A stretch of 64,000 nt of DNA, taken from NCBI GenBank assembly GCA_027604505.1, contig JADIIX010000024.1, forward strand, positions 1-64,000. The letters run 5' to 3'. Positions 15,028 through 32,400 of the stretch are shown here, piece after piece. The notes beneath the pieces are model-generated. The model had not been told where the DNA came from. It did not search any database and saw only the letters and a program-made list of their open reading frames with translations. Position 1 is the first letter of the stretch, and each line of letters opens with the position of its first letter. The stretch comes from Gonapodya sp. JEL0774 (Eukaryota). The position numbers and the translations under genes are program-made.

Positions 15028-16604
15028 ATGGGAAATGCGGGCTCTGTCTCTCGCGAGAGCGCCTCGCTTCCCTTTGCTTACGCCAAGCCGTTGACCAACG
15101 ATCCTTCTACAAACGGGGAGCTCCACCTCCCACCTGCAACACGGACTCCGAGACTGAACCAAACTCAACCGATCGACGAGCGGCCTTCATCTTTTCGTAG
15201 AACGAGTGTCGATGGAGCTGGTCAAGAGGAGGGTAGCCCAGACGGTACAGAAACGATGAAAGGAATCACCATTACGTTCGGCAACCTCACGTCGACGTTA
15301 ACGGTCGGGCTCTGTTCGCAAGGATTGGTAAGACTGTCTCCAAACGTGGGGCTCCTTTCTAACACCACGACGCTACAGCTGTGAGTGGTCTGGTGCAGCG
15401 CTCGGTTGCTGTTGGCTATTCTGTGGGAAAGAGCAAGCTCGGAAGCACCACATTCCCACCAAACCGAGCGAATTTTCGCCCATTTAAGGGTGAACGCACT
15501 TGGTGCTGCATTGGAAAATGCTAAGAAGGTGATCAGCACGATTGTTTCCTCAACGTCTCTCGTTTTCAATTCCGTAGGTGTTGTAATGATCTGTCGACAA
15601 TCCCTCCCGAAATTGGACACCTCCAGAATTTGCAAATTTTCTCTGTATCTCGCAATCGCATACGCACCCTGCCCGACACTGTCGGGCTTCTTTCAAAACT
15701 CGTTGAGCTCCGGTGTTCGGAAAATGAATTGGAGTCAATACCTGCTTCCATCGGCCGCCTCACAAAACTCACCACACTCTCTCTTGATAAGAACCGGATA
15801 GGCCACATTCCCCCCGAAATTGGTGATGCCAAAGCCATCATCAACCTGGACCTCTCTCAGAACCCCCTGCGTGTTCTTCCCGCCGAACTTGCGAGGTTAA
15901 AATTCCTCCGAAAGCTTCGCCTAGACGAGTGCCCCTTAATTCAGTCGTTCGACTATCCCCTGGAGAGTACCCCACCAAGTCTAAAGGAATTGGCGGCCAG
16001 GGTGATTGTGCGGCAACAAACGCCCATCCTCTCCTATACTCAGGATGAGGTTCAAGATTATCTGGCGGGAGCTCACCGATGCTCATTTTGTGGAGGGCCT
16101 TATTTGGAGAGCTTTGTCAGACGTGGAAAGTTCATTGACAAAGGAGAATACCGGGTGCCTCTGGAGTACCGATTGTGCGTTGCGCATTGGAACAATGAAC
16201 ACGAAAGGTGAGAGTTCATCGACCAAATCTTGTATGCTCGTCCTAGCGTTCTGAGTTGTCCTCTTCGTCTCTGATCATCTGCACGATATCGTCACCACTT
16301 TCCATCGCATGTTCTGATAATTGCTGCTTCCAATCCCCCTTTTTTCCCCTTTGATTTGCATCTCCACTCGATCCGATATTGGTACAGAATATCTCTCATT
16401 TTTCGTCCCCTTCCGAGCACTGCGCCCCAAGCAGCCGACCCCGTCAACGTGTCCCCTACGACCCTCCCTTCAAAGCGAAAGTCACGACAACAAGCGGTGA
16501 ACCAGTTCCCGATTTCTTCTCGGAAGCGGATCCCAAATTTACCGAACTTACAGAACCTGCCTGATCGTGGGATCGTGAAGCTCACGAAGTCCACAGTTAT
16601 TTAG
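15028..16604 (+). CDS. LRRC58-like leucine-rich repeat protein with C-terminal BC-box/Cys motif; N-terminal MGNAGS
   Basis: Tandem LRRs (LxxLxLxxNxL), then PPSLKELAARVI...YLAGAHRCSFCGGPY..FVRRGKFIDKGEYRVPLEYRLC, as I recall the LRRC58 C-terminus. Confidence 0.75.
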
Positions 16605-16743
16605 ATAGTGATCCTTGCTTTAAAACATTCGAACTGTTGTAGCGGCGTGTGTTGTATTCGTTTCATTCCAATTATGTCACATAAGTTGTGAGCGAAGTCA
16701 CTTCGTTTGGGAACTATTTTTGTTCTCTCCCAATTCCACAACC

Positions 16744-19425
<2,682 letters not shown>

Positions 19426-19657
19426 TCGGAGTAATTTCGTGCCCTCGGTGAGATATTTTTTCGAAAGAGGGAATGCACTTGTCGCTTGACGTTGCTCGTG
19501 GTATAACTCGTCGGGAGCCACCATCATTTAGAACTGCATACTAGCTAGATTTAGTGTCGTTGATGATCACAATTACATATATGAATGGTTCAAGTTAGTT
19601 CACGTATTATCGAGCTGGTACCATATGTATGTGTGGCCGGCCCTCCGCAGCACCATT

Positions 19658-22600
19658 ATGAGCAGACCTTCTGTCCCGTCGGGGTTTGTGGGGGGAGCAC
19701 ATCGACTGGAAACGAATGTCCCGCAAGTCGGTGGGCTTTTTGTTCGGAAGAAGAAGGAGGGTCTGGGATCCGCGGTGGATGACGGCGAGAATGTGAGTGA
19801 GCGAACATGGTACCTTGTCGGCACTTGTTCTCTCATCATGTTTCAATCGACCATTTCTGTCTTTGTTGTGATTCTGCAATGGGATCCATACCTCCATATT
19901 TCCTCTTGCTCTTACTCTCGACATTGGGAGCCATTTAGCGCCCCATCTTCCAGCCGCAACCGGGCACCTCCCTTCTTGGGCTCGACAAACTTGCGGAGCT
20001 GAAGCGTCGCGAGCGCAATGAAGCCGCATCTTGGGCGCAATCGGCTTCGAAACGTATCAAGCTTGAATCCACGACTGAGGACACGGATTTCAATTTGGAG
20101 AGGAGGGACAGTCAACCTCAAACTGCGGATACGTCTCAGCCCGGATCTTCGGAAGCTGTCTTCAAGAAGCCGTATCTTCCTGTCCACCGTTCCCAACATC
20201 TTCTGCCTCGACGTGCCGATTCGCCATCAGATCCAGGCGGGGTGTCGAATCCCGCCCGGGAGCGTATGCTGGAGCATCGACAAACTGCTGGTGGGAGCGT
20301 CGGGATAGGAACAGGACTTTCTGCTACTGGAAGGTTTGCCCGGGGAGGACTCATTGTTGCCTCGAAGAAGGCTCCAGTTACCGAAGACGAGGGTACCGCA
20401 AATTTAGCTGAGAATACCTCTCTACTTGCATCCTCATTGGTTCCGCCGCCTCTGGCTCCTGGTGGCAAGCTACCTCGAGTGATTTCGATCGGCAGGAGCG
20501 AGTGGGAGGAAACCCCACTACTCGCCTCAGGTTCGGCGACTCCCGGACCATCTGTAGAAGGTGGAACATCTGCATGGGCCCGAGGTGATGGTGGAGCGAC
20601 TCCACGCCGAGGTGAGCACATCAATAGACAAGATTTGCAATGTAACCAGGGTCATTCTACAGCTCTGGCGTGCAAACTGTCTTCCTTTCTAGACGATTCC
20701 ACCAATTCTACGAAAACCAACCACAGATCCACTTGGGCAGCAGCCACTCCATACACTCTTCCGTCCCGAGGACGAAGGTCTGTCTTTGACTTTTCGCCCT
20801 CAAACGACGGCGGACGTTCGCCCGCACTGAACTCGCAGGGACAGGATTCACCTTCACATGATGCTGACGACCTCGCTTTGGATCGTGAGTGGTACGATGC
20901 CGAGGAAGGTGGATCCGCCATGGATGGGAGCCACGATCCTTTCGGTGGGGATTCGGCGACATGGAAGCGACGAGAGGAAGAAGCGGCAAAAGCTCAAGCA
21001 GTGAGTGGAGAGTAAATGTTGCTTACGATCATGTGACTCTAAATTTTTCGTGATCCGGAACCACCAGAAAAAAGTTACAGCCCGACAAGCGCAGTACAAC
21101 ATGGACAATGATCTATGGGAGACAAAGCAGCTGCTTACATCTGGCGTGGTGCAGCGTACATCCGCTACCCCACAGGCAGACTTAGACGAATCTGAAGACC
21201 GTGTCCATTTGCTTGTTCGGGACTTACGTCCACCATTTTTGGATGGAAAAATTGTATATACCAAGCAATTGGAACCGGTGAACCCTGTACGGGATCCCAC
21301 CGGTGATATGGCCAAGTTCGCTCGTCAAGGAAGCAGGGTGGTCTCAGAAAGGCGGATGCAGGCGGAGCGAGCAAAAGCCGCCAAGGGAGTCGCACAGCTG
21401 GCAGGAACAGGCCTCGGAAATATAATGGGTGTCAAAAAGGAGGAGGATGAGTCCGTTCAAGGAACTAAGTCATCTGGACAACCATCCACGGCCGGGCCCA
21501 ACGGTGAAGACCCCGAGTACAAAGGGGAGGCGAAGTTCTCGGAACATCTAAAAATGAAGTCAGATGCAGTCTCCGCTTTTGCCCGCTCGAAAACCATGAC
21601 AGAGCAGCGACAATTTCTGCCTGTGTTTGCAGTCCGTGAGGAACTTCTTCAGGTCATCCGCGAGCATCAAATTATTGTTGTCGTAGGGGAGACCGGCTCA
21701 GGCAAGACGACGCAACTCACCCAGTATCTTCATGAAGACGGTTACACACGGTTTGGCAAGATTGGTTGTACACAACCTCGGCGTGTTGCCGCCATGAGTG
21801 TTGCCAAGCGAGTGTCGGAGGAGATAGGGACTCCCTTAGGGGAGGAGGTTGGCTACGCCATTCGGTTTGAAGACTGCACGAGCGAGAAGACTGTAATCAA
21901 GTACATGACCGACGGCGTCTTGGTTCGTGAGAGCTTGAGAGAGGCAGATCTGGATGGATACGCTGCCATCATCATGGACGAAGCACATGAGCGGTCCTTG
22001 CACACCGACGTGTTGATGGGGCTCCTGAAGCAAGGTGAGTTGCTTCTGACGTATTCTATGTAGCAGTCTGGTTGACTTCTCTTGGCTCGTAATAGTTGTC
22101 GCTCGCCGCCGTGATATGAAACTCATCGTCACCTCAGCCACCATGAACGCCGAAAAGTTCTCGGAGTTTTTTGGGAATGTTCCTATTTTCTACATTCCTG
22201 GTCGCACCTTTCCAGTGGATATAATGTTTTCCAAGACACCAATCGAGGATTATGTGGAGGGAGCAGTGAAGCAGGCCCTTGCTATTCACGTATCTCACCC
22301 TCCAGGCGATGTTTTGATCTTCATGACGGGCCAGGAGGACATTGAGTGCACTTGTGCGCTTCTTGCTGAACGGCTTCAACAGATGCAGAGCGAGGGAGAC
22401 GTTCCTCCACTTGCCATCCTGCCTATCTATTCACAGTTGCCAGCGGATCTGCAGGCTAAGATTTTTGATCGTGCAGAGAATGGCGCTCGAAAAATTATTG
22501 TTGCCACAAACATCGCAGAGACATCGTTGACAGTGGACGGTATAATGTATGTTGTAGACACAGGTTTCTGGTAGGTGGATCCACTGAACGCTTTGAAATA

Positions 22601-24099
22601 ACCAGATTTCTAATAAAACTTAATCGGACCCAGCAAATTAAAGGTTTTCAACCCAAAAATCGGCATGGATGCGTTGCAAATTACACCAGTTTCACAAGCA
22701 AACGCCAACCAACGGTCTGGGCGTGCCGGCCGCACCGGACCAGGCGCTTGTTACCGGCTTTATACTGAGCAAGCATACAGATACGAGCTCTTCATGAGCA
22801 CGATCCCAGAAATTCAGCGGACAAACCTCTCGAATGTTGTCTTGTTGCTCAAGTCGCTTGGGGTACGCAATCTGCTGGAGTTTGATTTCATGGATCCTCC
22901 ACCTCAAGACAATATCCTCAATTCGATGTACCAATTATGGGTTCTTGGTGCTTTCGATAATTTAGGTGACCTCACGGCAATTGGTAGAAAGATGGTAGAG
23001 TATCCCCTTGACCCCAGCCTTTCCAAGATGCTTATCACAGCGGAGGATTTGGGATGCACGGCTGAAATTCTGGTATGTCCGCGTATGTGGGGCCTTCGTG
23101 TACCTAAAGGTGCTCTGACTTACTACGGCTATTCTCGGTGTCAGACAATTGTTTCGATGTTGTCAGTTCCATCAGTTTTTTATCGCCCTAAAGAGCGTGC
23201 GGAAGAATCCGATGCTGCCCGTGAAAAGTTTTTCGTCCCTGAGTCCGACCACCTCACATTGCTTCACGTCTACCAACAGTGGAAGTCGAATGGATACTCT
23301 GACAGATGGTGCACCGAACACTTTGTTCACTCGAAATCCATGCGAAAAGCACGTGAAGTACGTCAACAGCTCATGGATATCATGAAGTCGGAGAAGGTCG
23401 AATACCGATCCTGTGGAAGTGACTGGGATGTTGTCCGCAAATGTGTGTGCTCGGCATACTTCCATCAAGCCGCTCGGGTCAAGGGTATTGGCGAGTATGT
23501 CAATATGCGAACGGGAATGCCTTGTCACTTGCATCCGACCAGTGCTTTGTACGGGCTTGGGTACACTCCGGACTACATCGTGTACCATGAGCTAGTAATG
23601 ACGAGCAAGGAGTATATGCAGTGCGTTACGGCGGTAGATCCTTGTGGGTTAAAACCTTTCGTCGCGGTCTTATGTATTGTCGGACGCCGCTTACGTTGTT
23701 CACATTTTCCTGTAGATTGGCTTGCTGAGTTGGGTGCAATGTTCTTCCATGTAAGTCACTAGGATCCTTGTTCTGTTGCTCTCAATGGTGGTTGAGTCAC
23801 CAAGCTTGTTCACTAAGATCAAAGAACGGCATTTTAGTCAACGGGATCGCCGTCGTGCGGACCGCATGGAAACCAGCAAAATGGAGCAAGAGCTCGCAGC
23901 ATCTCTAGAGGAAGCTAGGCGTCGAAAGGAGGAAGAAGCAGCTCTTCCAAAGTCGGAAATGCAATCTTCTCAGAAAATATTCACACCTGGTCTCAAACAA
24001 CCGCCGAGCGTCACACCCCGGCTGGGGTTTGGCTCGACACCTCGAGGTGGAAGTGTCGGCTTTGGAAGTATGAAAACGCCACGTCGAGTGGGTATCTGA
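19658..24099 (+). CDS. PRP16: Pre-mRNA splicing DEAH helicase Prp16/DHX38; multi-exon
   Basis: HRLE..QVGGL N-terminus, [72 protein letters not shown]. Confidence 0.97.
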
Positions 24100-24282
24100 T
24101 CGCGATTCTAACACTGTAATCCACACAACTGTACAGTTATCATATATGTATATTAATGTTGATGATGCAACCAATCTTGATGTCCGTCAAGGCAATTAAT
24201 GTCCGGATGCCTCGCGCATTCCCAACCTCAATAGGGATGACGGTACACCAGCAATGCCTGTGTTCGCTTCTCTCGTGGTAAC

Positions 24283-25842
24283 TCAACCTGCACCTCTCTT
24301 ACTCTCATTTTCTATTGCTCCCCGTAATGGGAGCAAACTACCGAATAGAAAGTGCTGGACAACCGGGAACTTGGCCAATACTTCGTTGAGGTACATCTTC
24401 AGGAGACCGGTATTGACTTTCAGCCAGGTGGGGACAGAAGAAATATCGTAAAGCACTGAAGAGAAAAGTGGACGGCAACAATTGTCAAAAAAAGACAGAG
24501 GTCACCACACAAAAGAAGAATGCTTACTTGGCGAATGCTCTGAAAACGGACCACGCTTGACGGTCTTTATATGCGATATGCACCCAAAGTACATGTACCT
24601 AGGAGCCGCCGCGGTGACATGGTCATCAATTACAATAGATCTGGGTCGCAGGGTAATGGTGTGCTCTTTCCCTCCAGTAAGCGTGACACCTAGAGCACCG
24701 TCATTCCCGGTCACCTTCGTCTTAACAGTGGGATTTTCTGATGATTTGAGTGTGGAGAACAAGGAATCAGCAGGCAAAGACTCGAAACTCCGCAAGACAG
24801 CTCAAGTCCAAACCTCGCAGCTGTGCCGAACCGAAGATAAAGGCCATAAATTGGTGATCATCCAAGCCCCAAACTCCGTGACTACCGGCTGGTTCGAGAT
24901 TGTACTTGATCTGCAAGGTTCGACAGATGGACAAATACCTGACTCGTCGGCATCTCGGTATCTGCTAGGCCGCTGCACATCAACAACGGCACATGTAGCT
25001 CACCTGGAGAAAACCATCAGCACGATAGCTGGGTAATCCCGGTCCCCCACGAACCCGAGAATATCAAGACAACAGAGAAGCGCAACGAAATTGAGCTCGT
25101 GCCCTGACCCGTAATCACGCCGTTGACCATTGCCAAATGATTGTGCCAGGTAAGGTACCAACTCGGGCACAGCGCGGTTGAACTTGTGACGAAGAAGCTG
25201 GCTGAGAAAGTTGGAAGCAGACTGGGAAGAGGAGAACTTAAGCAACAACTACCACGACTGCAAAGATGTACACTCTGCAATTTTGTTCTCCTCTCACCTG
25301 CTCAAGAATATTAATCCAGGTCGTAAATGCAACATTGCCCATCCTCCCCATTTCTCGTTCTCGCAAAGGTACCCGTTCGATAAGCTCATTGATTTCATTT
25401 AGGAACATCAAGAGCGCGTCAATAGATGGGGAGACGTAGATTTTGCGTTTGCTGGGGTCAGGGCTTGTGCAAGCTTCCTTGATTCATGTCGAAGAGGTGA
25501 TTGAAGTCGTGGGGGTTCATGCTATACCGCCTACAAAAGGGTAATCTCGTCCTTCCATTGCCTCACCTCGTCCCATTCATGGATTGTTTCATCCTCCTCT
25601 GTCGGTATTTGCATCCCGATGACCGAATCGTTCAAACCCTGTACAAAGTCCATAACCCGGACGAACGCTTCTGACTCGAGCCATTCGTTGATCTGGCTTT
25701 CGGTCCTGAGTTTTTTAGATGGAATCTCAAATTCGTGCGATTGCAATTCGGGTGCCGACAGACGGAAGTGCGAAGAAGTGTCCCGTCGCCGTGGGAGGGA
25801 AATGTGGGAAGTAGCAGCCACGCGGTGAACTGGACCAGGCAT
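24283..25842 (-). CDS. PP2A phosphotyrosyl phosphatase activator (PTPA, Rrd1/Rrd2 family); multi-exon
   Basis: [80 protein letters not shown]. Confidence 0.93.
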
Positions 25843-26022
25843 GATAGTCTGTGCAAAAGGCTGTGTTGCAAAGCTTGGCGATGTTCTGGGTATCATGCAA
25901 GACGTGGAAATGTTCTCAATGTTGAAGAGTGTGTATGTACAGAGCTTAGAGGTTGGAACAACACAGCACACTTTGTCCCTCCAGAGAGCCATCTCTAGCA
26001 AACGTTCACAGGCAACCCTATA

Positions 26023-27268
26023 CTATGCTTTGAACTTGTATTTCTTTGCAGCTATGCCGTCCACAAATTCGGGGAATATTGCTCTCCCCAGCGCAATGTA
26101 TCCAGCCCACCATGGGACAAAGACTGAGCGAAGACGGTAGTCCGCGCAACGCACGATCTGAAAAACACGTTTAGATCCTGAATATCTGACTTATCACACG
26201 TAAGAATTGAAAATCGTACTTCAGATGCGACATACTCGGGCTCCAGTTTCTTCTCCTTGCCTGCAGGGTTAGAAGTTGTTTGTGGGGTCTCGATCCTGTC
26301 AAGAGCGGCAGAGCGGAGATTGGTGTTGACCGTCTGAAAGAAGATGAACCGCAGAAGGACGCGCAGATTAAGCCATCAATCGATCGTTCGGCGTAGTCAC
26401 AAGGTCGAAAAATACCATTGGAAGCACTAGCCCCACGCTGATGCCGTGCTGAGCGACTTCAATTCTCAGACTATCGAAGAATCCTTGCACTGCATGTTTA
26501 CTAGCACAGTACAGCGATCTAGTTGGGGCACCAGTGACGCCGGCTGTGGACGAAGTTACAACTATGCGGCCCTTGGACTCTTTGAGGAAGGGGAGGAAGT
26601 GTTTTGTGGTGAAGACGGGACCGAGGGAGTTAACCTGAGATATGGAGTTTCAAAGATAAAGATGCACATTGCAACGATAGTGAAACGACGTAAATAGCGG
26701 CAAAGAGTAGACCCACCTTAAACACTCCTTCAATCGCTTTCGAGCTATGTCCCGGATTTTTTTCGTCCGCATGAATAAGGTCCTCAAACGACATGACACT
26801 GATAGTGCCGGCGTTGATTAGCAATGTGTCCACCCCACCCATCCACCCGGTGGCATGTTTTGCAGTTGCGGCTACGGTTGGCTCACTCGTGATATCCATC
26901 ACGAATGTGCTCAATGAATCTGGATGAGCCCCAATAGCGACACATTCGGCAGAGATCTTGTCGAGCTCCGATTTGTTGGTAGCTGCAGTTTGATGTCCCA
27001 AAGGGTACGTATATTGATGGTCTCTCACACCCACGGCAAAAGTAGTAGGTCTACCCCGTCACCACGTACATGTAATAAGCAGTTTCGCTCCCCTCTTGGC
27101 ATATATGTGAGCGATGCATCGTCCAATTCCTGCAGATCCTCCAATCAGGACGACTCGCTCCCCCTTTTTCACCAAGGCCGGCGGAGCCCGGCGAGTAAGG
27201 ATAAATGCCGACAGGGCGATCGCGATCAGAGATGCGGCGATGGCGGGAAGAACGGGAAGCTCCGTCAT
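26023..27268 (-). CDS. Short-chain dehydrogenase/reductase with N-terminal membrane anchor (DHRS7/11-beta-HSD-like)
   Basis: N-terminal hydrophobic helix, VLIGGSAGIG Rossmann motif, LLINAG, active-site APTRSLYCASKHAVQGFFDSLRIE (YxxxK). Confidence 0.9.
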
Positions 27269-27641
27269 TGAGACAATACGCATATATTGTGACGACACGC
27301 ACATATGGCTTCATTGAGGTCTTGAGGACACATCCGACCTCTCAGCACCGAGACCAAATATTTTCCCAAGATCGAGCTTCCTGTAAGATTACGTGCAGCG
27401 CAGATTTCGCTCTTTATTGTTTCGGTATTTTTGAAGGTGTCTGGTCCGTGTCTCGTCCCCCCCTCACCTTCGCTGATCAGGTACTGGCCCCATACTCATC
27501 AGCCGCAACTCCAAGTTCTCCGATACAAGTCCCAAAAGGCCATCATCAAACAGTGGCATCTTTGAATCACAACTCCCATCGTCAACTCCGCATCTCAACC
27601 ACCGTCTGAACCCGAGTCACCACCGAATCGCCTCGTTACAC

Positions 27642-29314
27642 ATGTACAAAGTCGAGATCGTAACCGAATCCCTCCAGGATCAAGCAATCCGGAGGAGGAG
27701 AATCATGGACGAGGAGAGGAAGCAACGATTCTTTAACCCAAAGATTCGAGTGCTCGGGGTGAGTATCTGAGCTCGTATCAAATGAAGCCAACTTCCACAT
27801 TGTCGGAGGAGAACTACAAAATTGATGGTCCGCTCCCTCCAATCAAACCCCTTCTGCCCCATATTCTTGGAATCGTAAATGAATTGATCTTCGGGGTGGA
27901 CTTCTGTTGTTGTCTTCAACAGAATGACGTCCAGACTCTTGAAGAGCAGATCAAAATGAAGAAGGAACTCAACATGGTCGAAAAGCAGCGCCAATGGCAG
28001 ATGGGTGTGTAGCTATGATAATCTTGTGCGCATTCGGTGCATTCACCAAAGTTTCATTGATCAACGCAAAAGACCAAAACATGATCACAGCCGCCGCCAT
28101 CGTCGACACACTCACAGCCGAAGCTGCCCGACTTCGTCGCGCGCAATTGGGCGAGTTGAACGCTTTCCGTCTGACCAAGCAAACATTCGACACTCGTCGC
28201 GAATTCGACCTCAACGATCCGCAGGCTGTGCGGAAAGATACCCCCCCTCGTGCTACCCCACATGGCGTCGGATGCTCAGTGTCGGGGTTGCAAGCATTTC
28301 AAGGGGAAGATCTCAAAGAGCGGGATCGGTTGGCTCTTCAAAGGGAGCAAATGCGGGTCTGGACCATGGAGCAAACCGCCGAAAAGGAGAACAAAAGGAA
28401 GGAAGAGAACGAGCAAAACAGACGTGAGGCCGAATATCAGAAGGCGGTGTTGCAAGAGATCGAGGCCCAGCGAAGGGCTGATGAGGAAGCACGGGCGAGG
28501 AGAGCTCGTGAGGATTTGGAAATGAACAAGCGGATGGTAAGGGGTACTCTTTCTTGTGCCCTTCTTATTTAAATCCTTCAATGGTCTGGGGCTCAATAAA
28601 CACCCTTTGACTGTGTCAGGCCGATGAGAAACGCCAGCGTGAGCGATCAGCCAAGCAACAAGAGCTCGCTCAGAACTCTCGTGAGATAAAGGGATGGTTA
28701 ACGGGAGAGTTTTTGACCGAATCGACAGTGGCAGACCCTGACGTTGAAGGCCCACACCAGTAAGTGTTTGTGCTTGTGCACAAAGGCTGCGTTCGCGTGT
28801 ATGGCTGAAACCCTCGGGGGAATCTTTATGTTAGTATCCGAATCGACATGTTCAAGGGAATGACTGAAGATCGGCGCAAAGAAGTACGGGACTTCCAACA
28901 TCAACAGCGGATTGAAGCCGAGGTGAGAGGCAGCCTTCCCCGATCGAGGAGTCTGGCGTTATTACCTTACCATTCACCGTTTTGACCCGTTAGATGCGCC
29001 GACAACAGTCGCTGAAAGACCAGCATGCCTGGGCTCAGTATGCAAAGATCCAAAACTACGCCACCGCAATCATGGAGGAAGAAGAGAGACTCCGAAATGC
29101 AGATACAGCTGCGAGAATTGCGGAACAGAACGCACGCAAGGCCGAAGAGGACAGGCAAAAGTAGGTCATGTGGTAAACGTGAACGTGTCGCGTATCGTAT
29201 CTCAGGCGTCCCAATTCATAACAAACACCAAGGCGACAGAGTGACAGAGCGACATACTACTCCAATCGCCCTACTGATGACTTTTTCTCACAATTTAGTA
29301 CCACTCCCCGTTGA
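27642..29314 (+). CDS. RIB43A-like axonemal protofilament ribbon (microtubule inner) protein; multi-exon
   Basis: MYKVEI...AIRRRR..EERKQRFFNPKIRVLG, TRREFDLNDP..RKD.PPR, SVSGLQAFQGEDL, DMFKGMT, C-terminal NRPTDDFFSQFSTTPR*. Confidence 0.9.
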
Positions 29315-29414
29315 ACCTAATTTATTTGTAGATTTTTTGAATATTTTGATTCGAAGGTGCAGGATTGTGGTTGTGGTATCTATTTGCATTTGTGCATCAG
29401 ACTTTGTACACAAA

Positions 29415-32400
29415 CTAATCATCAAATGGGTACGCAAAAGGCTCGGGTGGTTCCGGCTCCTTTTCCGTCGATGCTGGAACTGTTGGTGCTGGGGTGGAGA
29501 AGTCGATGAAATCGGCGGACTCAGTTGGCTTTCGATCCATCATGAGCATGATGCCCCCGGTTATCGACTGAAATTATTGTGATTTCAAACAATTGGAGAT
29601 TTCTTCCGGTGGCAGACATGGTAAGTACTCACCTTTTTAATAGGGGCATATCGAGAATCGTCTTTGAAAGATATGTACTTGAGCTGTTGCGGTACAACTC
29701 GAGAAACATTTTGAAGGATTTCAAACTTCGGCTCCTTTTTCTTCTTCTCGGCTTCCTGAAAGAAAGCAAACAAATAGAATGAGGACTGTGCATCATATCG
29801 AGTGCCGAGAAAGCGTTCTCGAACCTTTTCTTCTTCCTTCCCCTTTTCACCCTCATCGCCGTCCTTCTTTTCTGGTTCACCCTCCTTCTTCTCCGCTTCA
29901 CTTTCCTTCTTCTCTACCTCCATCTTATCGTCCTTCTTTTCACCGTCTGCGGAGTCGCTTTTATCCTTTTCCGCTTTCTTCGCCCGAGCTTTGGCCTTGG
30001 CGGTTGTGGAGAGTACCGCTGTGGCCACCTTTTCTACCTTTTCTTGAGTGGGCGGTTTAGTCGCAGTGGGATAGGCGAATACTGACGGCTTAGCGTTCGA
30101 AACGAAGTCGAACTTAGGAATCTGAACGGAGGGCCACCGTCAGAGACAAATTTGTCCCGATTCCGTGCTGCACACTTTGTTCACAAGCTTACCTTGAGGT
30201 CCTTGTCAAGGCCAATGATTGCCGTCGGGGTGAAAGCCAAACTCAGAAAGTGAGTCAACGGGAACCAGTACCAAAATTGTGTGAAGACGGCGGCTCCCAC
30301 GACCGCAACCATGTTCAACAGTCCTGATCGTGACTGCAATGAAATGGTTACATTACGACCACCTGGGTGTGTGGGATGCTGGTTGATAAGATGGCGGATA
30401 AGAAGCGCCAACTTAATAATGGACCCACCCGCATCTATGATCCCTTGTCCAAGTACTGCACCAAATTTCGCCATCTGGTCTTCATGTTTGTCAGCCAGGA
30501 TTTTCTCGTAAAGTTTTTTGGTGGTGGCCACTGCTGGGGTTTGTGTCTCATTGTGCTGGATCAGAATCATCGCAGATGCGATGAGAGCCCCTTGGCGGAC
30601 GTAGTCAACCGAGTCCTTGAGCATAGGCTCTACCAGTGATAACGCCTCGGGCATTCCCGTTCCGGCGCAAGAAATACCAAGCGCCAAAACGGCACCGTAC
30701 CGCACATGGGGGTTGTACGATTCCGAGAGAAGCTGGACAATACGAGGAACTTGCTTCGGATTTCGGCACAAGACAAATCCTAGAGCAATGACGGCGGCGC
30801 GACGGACATCATCATTTACGTCCGACACCGCGACGTGAAGAAGACGGCGAATTGCCTTATTGTTACTCGTCCCGGCGTAGGCAAGGGCAATGGTGTAGAT
30901 GCCACCGTACCGCAGGATGGGGTCCTTCACACACGAAAAAAGGAAACAATCACTCAACAACTCTCCATGCAGCAGATAAAACCTGGAGCTCACCTTGTCT
31001 AACGCAAGTTGTTCTATCAAAACGTCTGCAGCCTCCTCTTTAGCGTACATGAGGAGTGCGATTCCGACTGCAAGTCCGCGAATAATCTTCTCGTGCTGCG
31101 TTTCCCGTGCGTATTGTAGCATTTCGTCCAATGCCTTCTGCGAAGCTGTTCCAAGCATAACAAGTCCCATCGCCAAGCCGGCAGCCTCTCCTGCCACAGC
31201 ACTGTCACTGAAGAGAACACCCTTCAATTGTTCATAAATCTCGTCGTTTGCAGTGGCCATTCCTGCAGCCCCCAATCCCAGCGCGGCGCCGTGCTGAATG
31301 ATCTCAGAACCGGACGGAGTATTCTTCAGCTCCTGTGAGAGGTAATCGAGCACGCCCGCACCGTGGTTTGCGTGAATCAACCCCAGAGCGAAGAGTGCGC
31401 CACCTTCCGAGTAATTGCTAGTGGTGACTCCTGGTTGCGGTAGGTACGGACCAAGAAGGGTTTTTCCCTGCGAAAGTTGGCCCTGTTTATTCATCGCAAA
31501 GAGCACAGCGAACAGAGGCTCAGTATGGTACAACAAGTGGAGAACTCGTGGATGGTGAGAGATCTCACCCTGTGTAGAACGCCGAGTGCGGCAGTTGCAC
31601 TGAACTTGGACCAATTCGTTGCCCTCATCAGCCAGTCAAGGTTCTGTCGCAGAAACTCGTCACTGGTTGTACCAGCGTTCATGAAAGCGTTGGCAAAAGT
31701 AACGGCGGAGTGGAACATGGAGTTCCTGGAGTCGAGAGCATTCTGTAAGATGTGTGTGTGTGGAAGTCAATGTTTAGAAACGAAACTACCGCGACACAAT
31801 GTCACCAGTACTACTGAAGATCTCACTTTCGTGTTCTTGAGAATGAGCAAGTCGGTGCGATTGTTCCTGAACAAAAACTCCAGGTACAACTTGATCGAAA
31901 GTTCGCCGCTCAAGATGCTCCGTATCCGTCCAAAGGCTTCAGCGATGGTAGTTGCAGCAGGGTCAATCGCCTGATTCACAATAAGATGGCGTCAAAGATG
32001 GACACTGAGCACGATGAAAGATTGATCTCGAATTTCAACATTGCTTTCACAAACATTACCTTCACTTCCGCACCCTTCGGCTCGTCCGTCTCCATAACAT
32101 CCGCATCCTTCTTTTCCGCACTTGCTTCCGCTGATGACGTCCCTGCCGCCGCAGCGGGTTCCGCGACTGCGAGTTCTCCCACAGGTCCCGCGGGTAAATT
32201 CTGTAGCAGCCTGCCAAGGAAGTCCTGGGTCGCACTCTCCTCCAGGTCAAAAGCCACTTGCAAAGCTGTGAGCAGAGACGTGTCGGATGATCCTGCTGGG
32301 GAGGAGGCGGATTGGCGAACAAGGGTTTGCAAAAGCTCAGCGACGGCAGTCGCGTCGTCGAGCAGGACAAGGCACTGCACAGTGGCGAGATGATCAGGTT

